64,000 nt of DNA from an uncultured Gammaproteobacteria bacterium (GTDB lineage Bacteria > Cyanobacteriota > Vampirovibrionia > LMEP-6097): the NCBI GenBank assembly GCA_964512985.1, contig CAZELI010000001.1, positions 31,191 to 95,190 of the forward strand. Reading direction: 5' to 3'. Position 1 is the first letter of the stretch; every line of letters begins with the position of its first letter. Of this stretch, positions 1 to 8,795 are shown one piece after another. The position numbers were made by a program, and so were the translations under genes. The notes beneath the pieces are model-generated. The model saw nothing but the letters and a program-made list of their open reading frames with translations, was not told the origin of the DNA and did not search any database.

Positions 1-383
1 TTAATAATATTTACTTTGCTGAGTTTTGCTTCTTTATAAAGCATATTTAGGATTTCAGTAGATTTGCCATCGCAGAATAATTGCCCAAGTTTCTTTTCGT
101 GATATTTAATCTGATGTTTTTCTACTAGGGTTATAAAATCTTGCGGAGTGAAATTAGCAAGTGCAGATTTACAGAAGTGTGGATTCTTAGAAAGATAGTT
201 TTCTGGACTAGCGTAAATATTGGTGAAATTACACCTCCCTCCACCAGAAATACGTATTTTCTCCCCAATCTTTTTAGAATGATCCAGCAATAATACGTTT
301 AATCCCTGTTTACCTGCCGTAATAGCCGCCATAAAACCAGCTGCACCAGCACCAATAATTATTGCGTCGTAATCTAAATCCAT
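1..383 (-). CDS. NAD(P)/FAD-dependent oxidoreductase, BaiN/YhiN (HI0933-like) family; N-terminal part only, gene runs off the window
   Basis: Reverse strand from ATG (383-381) reads MDLDYDAIIIGAGAAGFMAAITAGKQGLNVLLLDHSKKIGEKIRISGGGRCNFTN. This is a GxGxxG dinucleotide fold followed by the ISGGGRCN block typical of this family. Absent from the ORF track because no stop lies in the window. Confidence 0.8.
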   Translation of the reverse strand, partial: MDLDYDAIIIGAGAAGFMAAITAGKQGLNVLLLDHSKKIGEKIRISGGGRCNFTNIYASPENYLSKNPHFCKSALANFTPQDFITLVEKHQIKYHEKKLGQLFCDGKSTEILNMLYKEAKLSKVNII

Positions 384-386
384 TCC

Positions 387-410
387 AATAAAAAAGCCCC
401 TTTCGGGACT
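387..410 (-). terminator. Candidate intrinsic terminator downstream of the 509..1531 gene
   Basis: Minus-strand RNA would read AGUCCC-GAAA-GGGGCU (6-bp stem incl. one G-U, GNRA loop) followed by UUUUUAUU. It sits only 4 nt from the next start codon, so its role is uncertain. Confidence 0.35.
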
Positions 411-508
411 TGATTTAATAGTGTATTTTAGTGATAGGAGTAATTATAGCAAAATTTTTGGCTCTATGCAATATGTATATCGCATAGAGAGCATTAATTT
501 TTTTTAAA

Positions 509-1531
509 CTAGAATATTCTACTTAATCCAGCAAACAACTGTATTCCTGTATCGGGCTGAGTGCCATTGAGGTCACTAATGATCGGAAATCCAATTAAGA
601 AATTGGCAACTGTATAATCATTAACCGCTGCTCTCAGCCCTGGGCTTAAGAACATCACTAACCCGCCATGTCCATTGTCTTTAACACCCTGGTATTCTAC
701 GCGCTCTTGCCAAATGCCATTCATCTCAAGCACGGCAGCTGGTTGAATGTTTTGCCCCAATACTTTATAGGATTCGAAGTTATAAGTTATTGCACTATTA
801 AAATTAACTGTATCTCCTACTGTGGTTTGTTGTATGCCTTGGGTTGAGAGTCTGTAAGTCACACTAGCATCAAAAGAAAAATTATTCACAGGTAAGCTGA
901 ACGCTAGTCCCATAACAGGATCCCAAGATCCAGTGCCAGGTTGCTCATCAGCACCAAGTCTGAATCCATCACTATCTCTTTCATTAGTTTGACCAGTGGG
1001 CATTTTAATCCCAGCTAAGAGAGCCGCTTGTAAATGATTATTGCTACAGCTTTCTACACCACATCCATCTTTACAAGGATTTTCTCCTCCACCTAAGAAA
1101 CGATATTTAGCAAGTAGGGTCATATCACCAAGCCCAATAGCATTACCTCCATCGATGATACTGTTATCCTCTTCATGAGTTTTAATTCCATAAAGCAGTC
1201 TATAAGGGTAACTAATGCTTAGTGTTAAATCATCCGTAATCCCGTAAGCTATAGCTGCTGTTAACTGCATTTCAGAGTCATGTGAATGTGCATGCATACC
1301 ACTGACACGGGAGAAATCTGCTCCAGTTAATTGGTTGACGTTTTGGTAGCGTAGACTAGTGTTGATAACAAATTTATTTTGCGGCAAAGTATAAGCTGGA
1401 GTTGTAATAATCGGACCACCTATACCATAATTCCCCAAAGGCGCACAGCCACAAGAACAGGCATGAGCGTCTGTCACAAGAACGAATATCAATCCAATGA
1501 CAATGGGGACTAATATGATTCTTCTATTCAT
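509..1531 (-). CDS. Outer-membrane beta-barrel transporter-like protein (resembles the 'MetA-pathway'/PF13557-type family)
   Basis: Signal-peptide-like N-terminus (MNRRIILVPIVIGLIFVLVTDAHA) and alternating beta-strand pattern. Blocks GLGDMTLLAKYRF and IKMPTG..GTGSWDP, and a C-terminal Phe. Extra Cys clusters CSCGC and CKDGCGVESC. Confidence 0.55.
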   Translation of the reverse strand: MNRRIILVPIVIGLIFVLVTDAHACSCGCAPLGNYGIGGPIITTPAYTLPQNKFVINTSLRYQNVNQLTGADFSRVSGMHAHSHDSEMQLTAAIAYGITDDLTLSISYPYRLLYGIKTHEEDNSIIDGGNAIGLGDMTLLAKYRFLGGGENPCKDGCGVESCSNNHLQAALLAGIKMPTGQTNERDSDGFRLGADEQPGTGSWDPVMGLAFSLPVNNFSFDASVTYRLSTQGIQQTTVGDTVNFNSAITYNFESYKVLGQNIQPAAVLEMNGIWQERVEYQGVKDNGHGGLVMFLSPGLRAAVNDYTVANFLIGFPIISDLNGTQPDTGIQLFAGLSRIF

Positions 1532-2093
1532 CTGCTGGGAATGCTACATTGCGTGGATTGAGTAATTTTAAACATTGTGCTGATGCTTTGCCTTTTTTTT
1601 GTGTGGCAGTGTAACTAGTCTCTCCATTATCAAAGCTAACGATCATTTCATTTGCGATATCTGTAGTCGTGATATCCATGAATACTATTAAGTCGCTGAG
1701 TTTGCGCGGGATTAAATTGACACCATATGTAGTAAATCCTTCTCCCTCTTCTCCAGTATCAGTAATCTCAGCAGCTTCTACAATGAGTTTTTTGGGAGCG
1801 TCTATAAGTTTGATTTGCTCAACAGTTCCCTTGAGAGTATCTCCATTGCCACAAAGATTCAGCGTTAAAATTACTGGACGCTGAGGTTTGTGTTCGTGAC
1901 CCATATGGAATTTACGTTCTTCACTTAAATTAGCCTTTGCTGTCCAAAGTCCTGTTAAAGGATGATTAGAAATTAATTTAGCCCCATTATCCTCTTCATC
2001 TTCATGTTCATGTCCTCCGTGAGCATGCATAACAAGAACATTGTTAAATACTAATATCAGTGCTAATAATAACTTACTAAGATTGTTTCCCAT
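1524..2093 (-). CDS. Secreted His/acid-rich protein, possible periplasmic metal-binding protein
   Basis: Hydrophobic N-terminal leader, then HAHGGHEHEDEEDN and HMGHEHK patches. The 3' end overlaps the start of the barrel gene by 8 bp (1524-1531). Confidence 0.5.
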   Translation of the reverse strand: MGNNLSKLLLALILVFNNVLVMHAHGGHEHEDEEDNGAKLISNHPLTGLWTAKANLSEERKFHMGHEHKPQRPVILTLNLCGNGDTLKGTVEQIKLIDAPKKLIVEAAEITDTGEEGEGFTTYGVNLIPRKLSDLIVFMDITTTDIANEMIVSFDNGETSYTATQKKGKASAQCLKLLNPRNVAFPADE

Positions 2094-2146
2094 GCGTTTC
2101 TCCTTAATTTATAATACCATTAGCAAGCTATAATAGTGTACATAGT

Positions 2147-2983
2147 ATGCCTGAACTTCCTGAAGTAGAGACAGTTTGTAATGGTATTAAACCATACCTA
2201 GAAGGCGCTTGTATAGTGAGTTCTAAGGTGATGAATTCTAAATTACGAATTCCAGTTCCAAGTAATTTCTCTGAATTAATTAAAGGACAAAAAATCCTCA
2301 AGGTTAAACGTCGAGCCAAGTACATTCTCATATATTTAGAAAATGAGCTAGTTATAGTAATTCACTTCGGCATGAGCGGTAGATTAAAGCTAGCAGATAC
2401 TAGTTTTTTTCAAGAACATAAATCTGAAATAAAACACGATCATGTTTTCATAGAACTATCTAATAATAGATCCATTACTTATAGAGACCCACGTAAATTT
2501 GGCTTAGTGACAGTGCTTGATAAAAACGAATTCGCTAATTTTAGATTCTTTAAAAAACTTGGACTAGAACCATTGTCTTCTCAGCTTAATGCTGATGAAT
2601 TTTTCAAGATACTTCAATCTAGTCGTCGATCTGTGAAATCGGTGATTATGGATTCATCTTTAGTAGTAGGTATCGGTAATATTTATGCTAGCGAAAGCTT
2701 GTTTAGTGCTGGGGTTAATCCTGAACGTATTGCTAGTACGGTAACTAAGAAAGAAGCGACTAAATTATATAAGGCTATAGTTGATACTTTAGAGCAGGCG
2801 ATTAAAGCTGGCGGTTCGTCTATTAACGATTATGCTCAGGCAGATGGGTCTACTGGTTATTTTCAGCATCACTTTCTTGTTTACGGTCGCACTGATAAAC
2901 CTTGTAAGAAATGTAAGACTCCGATTCTCCGCATTAAACAAAACGGTAGAAGTACTTACTATTGTGAGAAGTGTCAGAAGTAA
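2147..2983 (+). CDS. mutM: Formamidopyrimidine-DNA glycosylase (Fpg/MutM)
   Basis: N-terminal MPELPEVE catalytic signature and H2TH region. C-terminal zinc finger CKKC-x16-CEKC. Confidence 0.9.
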   Translation: MPELPEVETVCNGIKPYLEGACIVSSKVMNSKLRIPVPSNFSELIKGQKILKVKRRAKYILIYLENELVIVIHFGMSGRLKLADTSFFQEHKSEIKHDHVFIELSNNRSITYRDPRKFGLVTVLDKNEFANFRFFKKLGLEPLSSQLNADEFFKILQSSRRSVKSVIMDSSLVVGIGNIYASESLFSAGVNPERIASTVTKKEATKLYKAIVDTLEQAIKAGGSSINDYAQADGSTGYFQHHFLVYGRTDKPCKKCKTPILRIKQNGRSTYYCEKCQK

Positions 2984-2987
2984 TTTT

Positions 2988-3557
2988 TTAAAACCCTTGT
3001 TCCTGAATACGTTTTGCTATTGCTTGCTCTGCTTTCTTGACCCCAGTAGTCTTAAAATGATCGCGGCTATTAAAAACAAGCTCCCAAGGATCTTTCGACA
3101 GAGTTGCTACAAATATTGAAAACGATAGAGGATGATGAGTTCCTGTGCTATCTTTCCATTCTCTTCGATCAACCTTTATTCCGTATTCGTATGAATCTAT
3201 TGAACCTAAACTAATCGTTTCAGCAAACATATTATTCTTAGAAAAGTTCAATCGATTAGGAGTATCTGCAATCGTTTTTGATAATTCTATAACTTTACGT
3301 GGATCATCTAAGAATCCTTCAGCTATATTCCCTAATAATAATTTACTCAAATTAGTTTCATCGGGAGTCATCTTGGTATGTAATAATTGCCCTGCTCTTC
3401 TAGCTATTTCTTGATACCGTGAAGTTTGGCTGACAGGTTTACCACATATACTGTCGGCAAGACTACGAGTAAATTTGATTCCATCAGTTTTCGTTTGCTT
3501 AAGAAGATCACCTAGTCTTGTGGTTAAAGTACCAACTCGTTCTTCAATTTTAGTCAT
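2988..3557 (-). CDS. Hypothetical protein (189 aa), no recognisable domain
   Basis: Long ORF with no competing ORF of comparable quality. I recognise no motif. Confidence 0.5.
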   Translation of the reverse strand: MTKIEERVGTLTTRLGDLLKQTKTDGIKFTRSLADSICGKPVSQTSRYQEIARRAGQLLHTKMTPDETNLSKLLLGNIAEGFLDDPRKVIELSKTIADTPNRLNFSKNNMFAETISLGSIDSYEYGIKVDRREWKDSTGTHHPLSFSIFVATLSKDPWELVFNSRDHFKTTGVKKAEQAIAKRIQEQGF

Positions 3558-3582
3558 AAGATAATTATAGATGTTTTAGCTA

Positions 3583-3623
3583 TTACCCTCGATTTTAAGC
3601 AAATTTTAGTATGTTTAGGGTAA
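3583..3623. promoter_or_regulatory. Inverted repeat TTACCCT-N27-AGGGTAA upstream of the antitoxin gene; candidate operator
   Basis: 7-bp arms at 3583-3589 and 3617-3623. The right arm overlaps a TAAAAT -10-like hexamer, 13 nt before the 3636 start. Confidence 0.25.
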
Positions 3624-3635
3624 AATATACTCATA

Positions 3636-3935
3636 ATGACTCAAAATCTACGATTACAAGTACCTATCTCTGCTAAGATCAAAAAGGCCTTAGAGAAGAA
3701 GGCTGAAGACGAAGGCTTTTCATCGGCCAATGATTTAGTAAGACTAATGATTCATAGATTTCTCTTAGGTGATTTTAATTTCCAAATGGTACAAAGTTCC
3801 AAGTCATATCCAATGCTGGATTTAGAAACAGAGAAGAGGCTTTATCAAAGTCTACAAGAAATTAAGAACGGTGATTATGATTTAATTGATTTCAAAAAAA
3901 ATCCAAACGCGTTTCTTGATTTATATAAAGAATAG
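3636..3935 (+). CDS. Type II antitoxin, ribbon-helix-helix type N-terminal domain
   Basis: LRLQVPISAKIKKALEKKAEDEGFSSANDLVRLMI fits a beta-strand/helix/helix RHH pattern. It shares 1 bp with the following toxin gene. Confidence 0.6.
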   Translation: MTQNLRLQVPISAKIKKALEKKAEDEGFSSANDLVRLMIHRFLLGDFNFQMVQSSKSYPMLDLETEKRLYQSLQEIKNGDYDLIDFKKNPNAFLDLYKE

Positions 3936-4222
3936 TGTATTTAATCAAACAATCAAAAGTCTTCAAAAAATCTGTTGATAAATTAATTAAACAGAGAAGA
4001 ATCTTTTTGGACAAAATTAATAATGTGGTCTTCAAATTAAGTTTAGATCCTTTTCACCAGAGTCTTAAAACTCATAAAGTTAATACTAGAACTCTTGGAT
4101 TGCGCTATAGCTCTAGAGTTGATGGTGATTTAAGAATCATTTGGTCTTTTGATGAAGACAATAATTTAATTATTCATCTTTTAGATATTGGTGGGCATTC
4201 GGGTTCGAAAAGCGTTTACTAA
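3935..4222 (+). CDS. RelE/ParE-superfamily toxin
   Basis: 95 aa with GTG start. K-rich N-terminal helices and a C-terminal DLRIIWSFDEDNNLIIHLLDIGGHS block typical of RelE/ParE-fold toxins. Coupled to the upstream antitoxin. Confidence 0.65.
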   Translation: MYLIKQSKVFKKSVDKLIKQRRIFLDKINNVVFKLSLDPFHQSLKTHKVNTRTLGLRYSSRVDGDLRIIWSFDEDNNLIIHLLDIGGHSGSKSVY

Positions 4223-4234
4223 TTAGGTTAACAG

Positions 4235-4516
4235 TTATTTTATTTGTTTCTTCAGATCATCATAAAAATTCTGATGAGAGCCTACTGCAATAAGAGTCAG
4301 AATCAACCTTCCTTCGTCAAAGGTATAAGCTATCAAAGTCAGTTGATTGACCATTTTGAATTTATGAATTTTATATCCTCTCAGGTCACCTTTCTTTTCT
4401 TCTCCAATACCAGGCTCTTCAATAATAAGCATTATCGCTTTATCCAAATCTTTTTTCTGATTGGGGTTAAGCTTTTTAACTGTTTTTCTGAATTTTGCTT
4501 TCTGTAATATTTCCAC
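4235..4516 (-). CDS. RelE/ParE-superfamily toxin
   Basis: 93 aa: FRKTVKKL..LDKAI..I.E.P..G..KKGDLRGYKIHKFKMVNQLTLIAY..DEGRLILTLIAVGSHQNFY. It lies 2 nt downstream of its antitoxin gene. Confidence 0.7.
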   Translation of the reverse strand: MEILQKAKFRKTVKKLNPNQKKDLDKAIMLIIEEPGIGEEKKGDLRGYKIHKFKMVNQLTLIAYTFDEGRLILTLIAVGSHQNFYDDLKKQIK

Positions 4517-4518
4517 GA

Positions 4519-4743
4519 TTAACCAAACTTATATTCAGTAAGTTCACTATCATCTTCCTGCATTGCTAGTAAAATATCTTTGATAAATTCATAAGGTAAG
4601 TCTGGGTTTTCTTCTGCGATTTTCCCTACCTTAGACCAATATTCAATTTGACCAGGGACTGATCTACAGGAGATCTCTGCATAACGTTTAGCTTCTTCGA
4701 CTAATTTATCTGATAATTTCACTGCTTTTGCCATAATAGTCAA
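4519..4743 (-). CDS. ParD-like antitoxin
   Basis: 74 aa. VKLSDKLVEEAKRYAEISCRSVPGQIEYWSKVGKIAEENPDL resembles the ParD-like antitoxin family as I recall it. Sits upstream of the toxin in the same operon. Confidence 0.6.
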   Translation of the reverse strand: MTIMAKAVKLSDKLVEEAKRYAEISCRSVPGQIEYWSKVGKIAEENPDLPYEFIKDILLAMQEDDSELTEYKFG

Positions 4744-4760
4744 ATTATACCCAAAAGTTG

Positions 4761-4777
4761 CTAAAAGTAACTTTTAG
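4761..4777. promoter_or_regulatory. Perfect palindrome CTAAAAGT-A-ACTTTTAG upstream of the ParD-like gene; candidate operator
   Basis: 8+1+8 palindrome read directly, 18 nt upstream of the 4743 start on the minus strand. Confidence 0.3.
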
Positions 4778-4863
4778 TTGTATAAATTAACCCTATTTAT
4801 AATTATAACACATACAAATGTAAGTAAAGTTAATTTTGTCTCAGCTATTGATAAACTTACTCT

Positions 4864-6630
4864 ATGTCCAAAAAACTAGACCGTTCTAAATTACCATCTC
4901 GTTATATCACTTCAGTTCATGGCTGTGAGGGTCGTTTGACTATGTTGAAGAATCTGAAGACTGATGCTTATCCAGAAGGAATTGGTGCGGAAGTCGAAGA
5001 GAGACCTTTTATTTGTGTGGTGGATTGTGGCAACGAGAGTGCGCCTTGTAATATTGACCTGCCGCGTCAAGCTCAGATAGTGAAGGATGCTGTGCGTGCT
5101 GCTGGTGGTATGCCTTTCGGGATACACACTATTACTGTCACTGACGGGATTGCGATGGGACATCAAGGTATGAAATCCTCTCTTGTATCGCGTGAGGTCA
5201 TTGCTGATTCAGTAGAAGTCTCTGTGCGCGGACATTGTTACGATGCTATCGTCGGTATCGCAGGCTGCGACAAGTCTCTGCCAGGCATGATGATGAGTAT
5301 GTTGCGCCTCAATGTACCCAGTGTGTTTATGTATGGTGGAAGTATTCTTCCTGGTAATCATAATGGTAAGGATGTAACTATTGTAGATGTGTTCGAAGCT
5401 GTCGGTAAGTGTGATGCTGGGCAAATGTCTACTGAAGAACTTAAAGAACTCACTGCTGTTGCTTGTCCTTCTGCTGGTGCTTGTGGTGGACAGTTCACTG
5501 CTAATACCATGGCTTGTGTTTCTGAGGCTATAGGACTCGCTCTGCCAGGCTCTTCTGCGCCACCAGCTCCTTATGAGGACCGAAACAAACATTGTAAGCT
5601 AGCTGGTGAAGCAGTGATGGAAGCTCTTGCTCTGAACATCAGACCGCGCGATATCGTTACTCGTAAAGCTTTAGAGAATGCAGCTACCATTGTCGCTGCT
5701 ACTGGCGGCTCTACTAATGCTGCTCTTCATCTACCTGCGATGGCTCATGAAGCTGGCATTGAGTTTACAATGGATGATGTTGGAGAGGTTTTTAAACGTA
5801 CACCTTATATTACTTCTCTTAAACCAGGTGGTAAGTATGTTGCTAAGGATTTATATGAGATAGGTGGTATTCAAGTCGTGATTAAAGAATTATTGGATAA
5901 CGGTTATATTCATGGAGACTGCATTACTGTGAATGGCAAGACTATCGCCGAGAATGCTGCTGACTATAGTTTCCCTAAACACGATCAAGATTTACTTTAT
6001 AAATGTAAAGCTCCTATCAGTCCTACTGGTGGTGTCGTTACTCTGAAAGGTAATCTAGCAGAGGAAGGTGCGATAGTGAAAGTTGCTGGTTTGAATAATC
6101 TAGAACATACTGGACCAGCTAGGGTTTTTGATTGCGAGGAAGATGCGTTTAAAGCAGTCGAGAAGCATAATTATCAAGAAGGTGACGTGATTGTAATTCG
6201 CTATGAAGGTCCGAAGGGTGGTCCTGGTATGCGTGAAATGCTAGCTACGACTGCTGCTATCTATGGTCAGGGTATGGGTGATAAGGTTGCACTTATTACT
6301 GATGGTAGATTCTCTGGTGGTACTCGCGGGTTATGTATTGGGCATGTGGGTCCAGAAGCTGCTTGTGGAGGGACTATTGGGCTACTGCAAGATGGCGATA
6401 TGATTACTATTAACGCTAGAACAGGTGAGCTTAGTGTGGCTCTTTCTGATGTGGAATTGTCTAAGCGTAAAGCTGCTTGGAAACCTAGAACTAATGATTA
6501 TCAATCTGGCACTCTCTGGAAGTATGCTCAGTTAGTGGGTCCTGCGCATTTAGGCGCAGTAACACATCCAGGAGCTAAGGCTGAGACGCATGTCTATGCT
6601 GATATAGGACTAGAGAAGGTCAAGAATTAA
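4864..6630 (+). CDS. ilvD: Dihydroxy-acid dehydratase
   Basis: 588 aa with IlvD/Edd family blocks incl. [22 protein letters not shown]-type C-terminal region and TDGRFSGGT. Confidence 0.95.
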   Translation: MSKKLDRSKLPSRYITSVHGCEGRLTMLKNLKTDAYPEGIGAEVEERPFICVVDCGNESAPCNIDLPRQAQIVKDAVRAAGGMPFGIHTITVTDGIAMGHQGMKSSLVSREVIADSVEVSVRGHCYDAIVGIAGCDKSLPGMMMSMLRLNVPSVFMYGGSILPGNHNGKDVTIVDVFEAVGKCDAGQMSTEELKELTAVACPSAGACGGQFTANTMACVSEAIGLALPGSSAPPAPYEDRNKHCKLAGEAVMEALALNIRPRDIVTRKALENAATIVAATGGSTNAALHLPAMAHEAGIEFTMDDVGEVFKRTPYITSLKPGGKYVAKDLYEIGGIQVVIKELLDNGYIHGDCITVNGKTIAENAADYSFPKHDQDLLYKCKAPISPTGGVVTLKGNLAEEGAIVKVAGLNNLEHTGPARVFDCEEDAFKAVEKHNYQEGDVIVIRYEGPKGGPGMREMLATTAAIYGQGMGDKVALITDGRFSGGTRGLCIGHVGPEAACGGTIGLLQDGDMITINARTGELSVALSDVELSKRKAAWKPRTNDYQSGTLWKYAQLVGPAHLGAVTHPGAKAETHVYADIGLEKVKN

Positions 6631-6659
6631 AAAGATACAACGTAGTGTTGTATCTTTTT
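6631..6659. terminator. Bidirectional intrinsic terminator between ilvD and the convergent NHL gene
   Basis: GATACAAC-GTAGT-GTTGTATC hairpin flanked by an A-run on the left and a T-run on the right. Confidence 0.6.
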
Positions 6660-6685
6660 AATTGAAATAGTAGTTAATTTAGCTT

Positions 6686-7471
6686 TTAGTTAAAATTAAA
6701 CATTGCTATACGTTCGACTTCCAGGGCAGGTCTTGGAATAGACAGCTTAGAATTATTCTCTGCTGGATCCGTGATGGTTTTTACAATGCCATCTCTACTG
6801 ATCATTCTTAGCTGCTTATTGCCGCCATCGAGTATATAAAGATTGTCCTTAGGGTCTAGTGCTAATGCGCCTGGGTATCTAAACAGAGCTTGATGCTCTT
6901 TACCGTCTTGATAACCAGAAATAGTAGAACCTGCTATAGTACTCACTTTGCCGTACTTGTCTATTTTACGGATGAGATGGTTTCTCTGATCTGAAACAAA
7001 CAGATTATCATTATGATCTATTACTAACCCTACTGGGAAATTAAATTCAGCCATAGAACCTTTGCCATCTTTATCGCCAGTGGTTCTTGCACCAGCAAAT
7101 GTACTTACTGTACCAGTTTCAGGATCAATTTTTCTAATGGCATTGTTTCCTGAATCTGCTACGAAAATATTTCCTAGCGAATCCACCGCTACAGCATATG
7201 GATTTCTGAATTGAGCTTCAATTAATGACCCGTCTTTGAAAGCTGCAGTATTGCTACCCGCATAAATACTTAGATTGCCAGCATTATCAAGTTTAAAGAT
7301 TTTGGATTCTCTCATTCCTGCTATATAAGTATTACCTTGGGAATCTTTAACGATACTATTAGGAGAATATATTTTAGGCAGAGTTACTGCTACAGCATCG
7401 CCATCTAGAGCTTTACTTGGTAAACAAGTACTTAGTAAAATTGCAATGGTTAATAAAACGGTTCCCCTCAT
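6686..7471 (-). CDS. Secreted NHL-repeat beta-propeller protein
   Basis: Signal peptide plus repeated blocks such as YAVAVDSLGNIFVADSGNNAIRKID, PVGLVIDHNDNLFVSDQRNHLIRKID and PGALALDPKDNLYILDGGNKQLRMIS. Confidence 0.7.
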   Translation of the reverse strand: MRGTVLLTIAILLSTCLPSKALDGDAVAVTLPKIYSPNSIVKDSQGNTYIAGMRESKIFKLDNAGNLSIYAGSNTAAFKDGSLIEAQFRNPYAVAVDSLGNIFVADSGNNAIRKIDPETGTVSTFAGARTTGDKDGKGSMAEFNFPVGLVIDHNDNLFVSDQRNHLIRKIDKYGKVSTIAGSTISGYQDGKEHQALFRYPGALALDPKDNLYILDGGNKQLRMISRDGIVKTITDPAENNSKLSIPRPALEVERIAMFNFN

Positions 7472-7534
7472 GGTTGTCTTATCGACATAATTCGTTAAGA
7501 GCCGATTAAGGATAAGGCAGTATAATTATATTTA

Positions 7535-8419
7535 ATGGCACAAGTAGTTAAATCTAGACAGGAAAATGTTCCAGGGGATCTATTTGTTGATAGTTCTTGT
7601 ATTGATTGTGACACTTGTCGTTGGATGGCACCAGAGCAATTTAAAGCAATTAATGGACAATCAGCTGTTTATAAACAACCTGAGACTGCTGAGCAAAAAT
7701 TTAAAGCAATGCAAGCTCTCATCTCTTGTCCAACAGCTTCTATTGGTTATTTAGCTAAAGATATAGATATCAAGGAAGTGCAACAAAGCTTCCCGATTCT
7801 TATTGGTGATAATGTTTATCATTGTGGCTATCATTCAGAGAAGTCTTATGGAGCTACTAGTTATTTCATCCAAAGAGATGCTGGTAATGTATTAGTTGAC
7901 TCTCCAAGATTCACTCCTGCATTGGTACAGCGGCTAGAAGAGATGGGTGGAGTTAAATATATGTTTCTAACACATAAGGATGATGTTGCTGATCATCAAA
8001 AATTTCATGATCATTTTAGTGCTGCTAGAATTATTCATCGTAAGGAACTGTGTTCAGCAATCCCAACTGCTGAGATAGTCCTAGAGCATGACTTTCATAG
8101 TAAGATTGATGATGCTGAAGATGAACTAGCAATGATTCATACCCCTGGTCATACAGAAGGTCACACAGTGCTTAATTACAAGCGTAAGTTTTTATTCTCA
8201 GGAGATCATTTAGCTTATTCTGCAAGAATGAATCAGTTATATGCCTTCAGAAAGCATTGCTGGTATTCCTGGGAAAAGCAAATAGAATCTGTAGAGAAAC
8301 TAATCGAATACTATTGGGAATGGTTACTCCCGGGTCATGGCAGAAGAATGAAAGCCCACCCAGAAGCTTATAAAATCCACATAGAGAAATGTGTCAATTG
8401 GATGCAAGAACAAGTTTAG
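7535..8419 (+). CDS. Ferredoxin-domain / metallo-beta-lactamase-fold fusion protein
   Basis: N-terminal CIDCDTC...SCP cluster pattern. C-terminal MBL-like blocks THKDDVADH, HTPGHTEGH, SGDHL and LPGHG. Confidence 0.6.
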   Translation: MAQVVKSRQENVPGDLFVDSSCIDCDTCRWMAPEQFKAINGQSAVYKQPETAEQKFKAMQALISCPTASIGYLAKDIDIKEVQQSFPILIGDNVYHCGYHSEKSYGATSYFIQRDAGNVLVDSPRFTPALVQRLEEMGGVKYMFLTHKDDVADHQKFHDHFSAARIIHRKELCSAIPTAEIVLEHDFHSKIDDAEDELAMIHTPGHTEGHTVLNYKRKFLFSGDHLAYSARMNQLYAFRKHCWYSWEKQIESVEKLIEYYWEWLLPGHGRRMKAHPEAYKIHIEKCVNWMQEQV

Positions 8420-8428
8420 AGAATCTAA

Positions 8429-8665
8429 TTAACCGAATCTTCCTTGTTGTGACCAACGAGCTATATGTTTAACATCTATACCAGTCTTAGCTGCAAGCTC
8501 ATCTGGTAGAACTCTTTGACCAAATTTAATTTCTGCTTTAACTTTTTGGAACATTTCTTCATCTTTATCCCAGCAATCTTTACATACAGCAGAACCTACT
8601 TGTAATGATATTAAAGCACCACATAATTCACACTTAGCTAATTTTTTATCGCGTAACATTGACAT
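8429..8665 (-). CDS. Small zinc-ribbon + HTH-like protein (paralogue 1)
   Basis: 78 aa: CELC..x12..CKDC, then DEEMFQKVK and a helix-turn-helix-like C-terminus (ELAAKTGIDVKHIARWSQQGR). The architecture recalls the YvyF-type 'flagellar operon' mini-protein family (from memory). Confidence 0.55.
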   Translation of the reverse strand: MSMLRDKKLAKCELCGALISLQVGSAVCKDCWDKDEEMFQKVKAEIKFGQRVLPDELAAKTGIDVKHIARWSQQGRFG

Positions 8666-8795
8666 TCCCTTACCTCACTTATTAAAATTTATACCCCAGG
8701 GTTTTCCTTTATAACAGGATATTTTTAGAATCTCATGGAAAATGCTGTTTTTAGTAGCATAATCATATTAATGTTCTTTAAGGATTCACTAAAAA

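Noticed and set aside
462-489. Hairpin CTCTATGC-N12-GCATAGAG downstream of the barrel gene as its terminator
   Set aside because: On the minus strand it is followed by CCAAAAATTTT rather than a clean U-run. The T-run lies on the plus-strand side, where there is no upstream gene. It is too ambiguous to list as a feature.
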